From Octopus sinensis (Eukaryota): a DNA stretch of 25,860 nt. The stretch covers positions 1-25,860 of the forward strand of contig NW_021836003.1 in NCBI RefSeq assembly GCF_006345805.1. The letters run 5' to 3'. Under the pieces are notes generated by a model that ran no database searches, was not told where the DNA came from, and was given only the letters and a program-made list of their open reading frames with translations. Of this stretch, positions 22,290 to 25,860 are shown in pieces. The position numbers and the translations under genes were made by a program. Every line of letters begins with the position of its first letter. Within the stretch, counting starts at the first letter, position 1.

Positions 22290-22500
22290 TTTTTATTAAA
22301 GCTGCAAAACTATCACAGAACTGTTACTCAGCTGTACGTTCCTTTCGTCCGACGATAGTGAAAGTGAAACTCTGAGTGACAGGTCAGTTGTAATTTTGCA
22401 GTTTTAATAAAGAAAAGAAAAAAGCATGTTACTCTATCTTTGGTATTCGAGTACTATTTTTTCCACTTTGTTTTGCACTGACGTGCAAACCTGAGTACTT
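22290..22500 (+). mobile_element. Related PLE-type fragment with short inverted arm and degenerate hammerhead (22347-22382)
   Basis: Diverged reverse complement of 21884-22030; GT-CCGACGA..GAAA-CTCTGAG-TG-ACAG. Confidence 0.6.
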
Positions 22501-22580
22501 ATATATAATATAATAATATATATCTACAGATACATATTCGTATGCACACACACACACACACACACACACACCACACACAC

Positions 22581-22641
<61 letters not shown>

Positions 22642-22828
22642 CGGGAGTCCCAGATGAACCTACCTCACGACAGGAGACGCAGATGCGGGCAGCAGCATCG
22701 AACTCCCTTGTTGATCAAGTGCCACGTATCAGAGGTGGATTCATATATTAGTGTAGCTCATTCAGCGGTGGTGCCCCAGCATGGCCGCGGCCTTCGGGCT
22801 AAAACATTCTTAAGGATTTAAGGATTTA
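22642..22828 (+). mobile_element. 3' end of a CR1-group LINE (ORF2 C-terminus, 3' UTR, tandem tail)
   Basis: VPDEPTSRQETQMRAAASNSLVDQ..stop 22751, then hairpin and TAAGGATT x2 tail; clade assignment from recall. Confidence 0.65.
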
Positions 22829-22864
22829 TACATACATACATGCATACATATCAAAGGATCAGAG

Positions 22865-23080
22865 GTCCTTCCAAAAGCCATAGACTAATAAAGCCGTTTT
22901 TCCGGATTGTGTGGTGTATATATTCTCACCTGGACCGGACACCGGTTCATCGCAGGATTACTCATTTTACTTTTTATTTTTTTATTCTTTCATTTTGGGT
23001 TTTTTTTTCTTTTTTGTTTTTTTTTTTGTGGGGGTGGGGTGCCAGCTGAATGGACTGGAGAAACATGTCCGACCCAGCGA
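22865..23080 (-). mobile_element. Degenerate SINE family C fragment
   Basis: Reverse complement of the CCAGTCCA.TCA..TGGC and CCTGCGA..TCCAGGT segments of 14945-15188. Confidence 0.55.
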
Positions 23081-23230
23081 ACTTTCACTTTTGGTAGCCT
23101 GCGATCATCTCGTACACACGTTCGCACGCACATACACACACAGATACGGGTGTGCAGTAATTCATGTGCACAAACAGAGAATAATTTATACTTACGGAAA
23201 GTAAGAAAGAAAGAAAGAAAGAAAGAAAGA

Positions 23231-23259
23231 TGGTAGACGGAAACTGAAAGAAACCCGTC

Positions 23260-23308
<49 letters not shown>

Positions 23309-23522
23309 AGCGTCTTTGTGTCTGTGTTTATCCCCCAGTACCTCTTGACAACCGGTGCTGGTGTGTTTACGTCCCCATAACTTAGCGCTTCGGCTTAAGT
23401 CACCGATAGAATAAGTACCAGACTTAACAAAAAAAAAGTCCTGGGGCTGTTTCATTCGACTAAAAGTTTTCCAAGTCGGTGCCCCAGCATGGCCGCAGTC
23501 TAATGACTGAAACAAGAAAAAG
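23231..23522 (+). mobile_element. SINE family A, 5' truncated
   Basis: Body and tail homology. Confidence 0.8.
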
Positions 23523-23663
23523 TGAATTATGATTTTATTCAACGTATTCCCCTCTCTGGTTCACACACTTATTGCAGCGGTCCTTCAGTTTCTCGGAAGG
23601 TTGGGCCTCCGACCAGGCCTTTCGTGACACCCTTAAAACCAGGAGCTTTTCAGCATCCCCTCA
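23523..23663 (-). mobile_element. Mariner-derived MITE fragment
   Basis: Reverse complement homology to 24476-24640; TIR next to TA. Confidence 0.7.
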
Positions 23664-23737
23664 TATGTGTGTGTGTGTGTGTGTGTGAATTAGTGTGTGC
23701 GTACACACACACACATACACATACATATATATATATA

Positions 23738-23800
23738 CAGCAGTGGTGCCCCAGCATGGCCGCGGCCTTCGGGCTAAAACATTTTTATGGATTTAAGGAT
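23738..23800 (+). mobile_element. Very short 3' end of the same LINE as 22642-22828
   Basis: GTGGTGCCCCAGCATGGCCGCGGCCTTCGGGCTAAAACA identical to 22768-22806. Confidence 0.75.
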
Positions 23801-23823
23801 ACAATATATATATACACACACAC

Positions 23824-23863
<40 letters not shown>

Positions 23864-23962
23864 ATATATATACATACATACATTATGCGTAGGTATGTAT
23901 GCATATATATATTTGGTAATACAAACAGAAAAATAGAACTCCAAATTTGACTATATATATAT

Positions 23963-23994
<32 letters not shown>

Positions 23995-24108
23995 CCGTAA
24001 TAATGAAGGGTGAAATTAATTAATTTGGAATAATTATCAATTACACCAAGTAGTCGTCGGCATGTAAAAGCCTCATTCGAGGAGAATTTAAGTAATACTA
24101 AGCAATAA

Positions 24109-24303
24109 AGGGTTTAGCAACGAATTGCCTTACCACATACCGAATTTAGAAATAGCAGTCAAAGAGTTATAGCTATTTTCTTCACTAAAAAGGGAGATCT
24201 TGTTTTTACTGAGATCTCCCTTTTTAGTAGAAGAAATAGCTATAACTCTTTGACTGCTATTTCTAAATTCGGTATGTGGTAAGGCAATTCGTTGCTAAAC
24301 CCT
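24109..24303. repeat. Near-perfect fold-back (about 92-bp arms, 11-nt loop) in a (TA)n-embedded element (about 23995-24305)
   Basis: AGGGTTTAGCAACG...GGGAGATCT / AGATCTCCC...CGTTGCTAAACCCT. Confidence 0.9.
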
Positions 24304-24475
24304 ATTATATATATATATATATATATATGTTTTATTCACTCGGCCAAAGTTACAAAATTTCTTCAGAGGTCGAGAGTTTTATGCATTGGCCTCTCATCAG
24401 ATTTGACAAGTATCAATGCACGAAACTCTCTGTTCTTGAGTCACTTATCAACTTCTGCCGATTAATAAATCCATA

Positions 24476-24692
24476 TGAGAGGGTTCTGAAAAGTCCCTGG
24501 CTTTAATGGTGTCGTGAAAGGCCTTGTTGAAGAACCCGACCTTCAAATTTCTTTTACAGAACTTAAAATAACTGAAGGACCGCTGCAACAAGTGTGTGAA
24601 TCTGAGAGGGGAAAATGTTGAATAAAATCATAATTCACTGATCTTCCTGTATTTTCTTTTACCCAAAACCAGGAATTTTCAGCGCCTCCTCG
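24476..24692 (+). mobile_element. Mariner-derived MITE
   Basis: Imperfect TIRs GAG..CTGAAAAGTCCCTGG / CCAGGAATTTTCAG..CTC; retains transposase C-terminus RCNKCVNLRGENVE*. Confidence 0.75.
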
Positions 24693-24772
24693 TTCATATG
24701 AGTGGGAAGTACGTATAAAGTACAAAACTCCCATACAATATTCGGCTACACACGTACGACCCAAACATCATA

Positions 24773-25148
24773 TCTATATATATATAAACGGCAAAATGTT
24801 TGTCTGTCTGTGTGTGTGCGTGTCCTTTATACAAATCCACAATTTTTCAGTTAGTGGGCTCACACTTTCTATGGTTATTCAAAACCGTCGAACGGTGGTT
24901 GTGCACATCTTTACATTTCCCCAGTCATCCCGCAAAGCCATTAAAAAATCAATAGAAGTGACTTCTTTGTGAATTTTCTATCCAAAACCCAATGAAAATG
25001 CCCGAAACTTGATACGCCAATTGAATGCCAGCTAGCTGTATGTGATTGGTCGGAAATTTGGACAGTACTCGCGTGTATGTGCGCACGCAAGCAACTGTAT
25101 ATGCATGCACTAGCACTATGACCCGACGTTGCCGGGTCATAGTGCTAG
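24773..25148 (+). mobile_element. Non-autonomous Helitron, family H2
   Basis: A|TCTATATATATAAACG ... GACCCG/CGGGTC hairpin ... CTAG|T. Confidence 0.75.
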
Positions 25149-25389
25149 TCGATATATAAAAGAGCAACACTAAGGGGAAATTACTCGTGCCTCAGATAGT
25201 ATCTCACCACTCAATAACTTCAGAGGAAATAGGATAACGCGCGCATGCGTATATCTGTTTCACTACTACAGACTTTTGGATAAAATTTAGTAGTCAACAA
25301 CACGATTTCTGAAGGAATGAAAAGCAACAATGGTAACTAATTCCTCAACATAGGAACAATTCTTGGCATTTGGAATAAGAGCTAATTAA

Positions 25390-25530
25390 TGGTACTTGAC
25401 TGGTACTTTATTCTATTGACTCTGGAAGGATAAAATGTAAAGTTGACCTCTGCGAGATTTGAACTCAGATTATGAAGAAGCGGATCAATAAGACAACGAA
25501 TTTTATCCGACGTTCTAACGATTCTGCCAA
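25390..25530 (-). mobile_element. Degenerate SINE family D
   Basis: CTGGTACTT..AAAGTTGACCTC..TTTGAACTCAG..CTAACGATTCTGCCA is the reverse complement of the family D unit. Confidence 0.65.
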
Positions 25531-25663
25531 TAATAATAATAATGATAGTGAGTGACGTTTATAATACTGCTAATAATATTAATAACTAATAAATAATTAT
25601 AAATTAATTCTTGGTTTGTTTGTTTCTTTGATATTGATTACACTTCATGAGGAATGATATTTA

Positions 25664-25860
25664 GATGCAGGAGTGGCTATGTGGTAAGTAGCTTGTTTAC
25701 CAACCACATGGTTCCGGGTTCAGTCCCACTGCGTGGCACCTTGGGCAAGTGTCTTCTACTATAGCCTCGGGCCGACCAAAGCCTTGTGAGTGGATTCGGT
25801 ACGCGGAAACTGAAAAGAAGCCCGTCGTATATATGTATATATGTATATGTGTTGTTTGTG
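25664..25860 (+). mobile_element. SINE family A, runs off the window end
   Basis: Head, CORE-like segment and internal microsatellite. Confidence 0.85.

Overview
Eukaryotic, AT-rich, repeat-dense genomic DNA. The SINE families, (TA)n density and intron architecture suggest an octopus/coleoid cephalopod (inference). Most ORFs in the supplied track are microsatellite or SINE artefacts. One + strand gene can be rebuilt from six GT-AG exons with matching phases (CDS 8253-8405, 11774-11966, 12867-13993, 17532-18198, 20152-20469, probably 21270-21277; about 821 aa). Its product is S/P/T-rich with no domain I recognise, but it carries cell-cycle-type short motifs (PIP-box-like QTSITQYM, RxL AKRRLF, Fbw7-type TPPLTP, seven S/T-P-x-K/R sites). 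The rest is tRNA-derived SINEs, non-autonomous Helitrons, mariner relics, LINE 3' ends (CR1-like, R4/Dong-like, RTE-like) and microsatellites. The most notable non-coding signal is a set of minimal type-I hammerhead ribozyme motifs in four unrelated Penelope-like fragments, several in fold-back palindromes inserted in (TA)n tracts.
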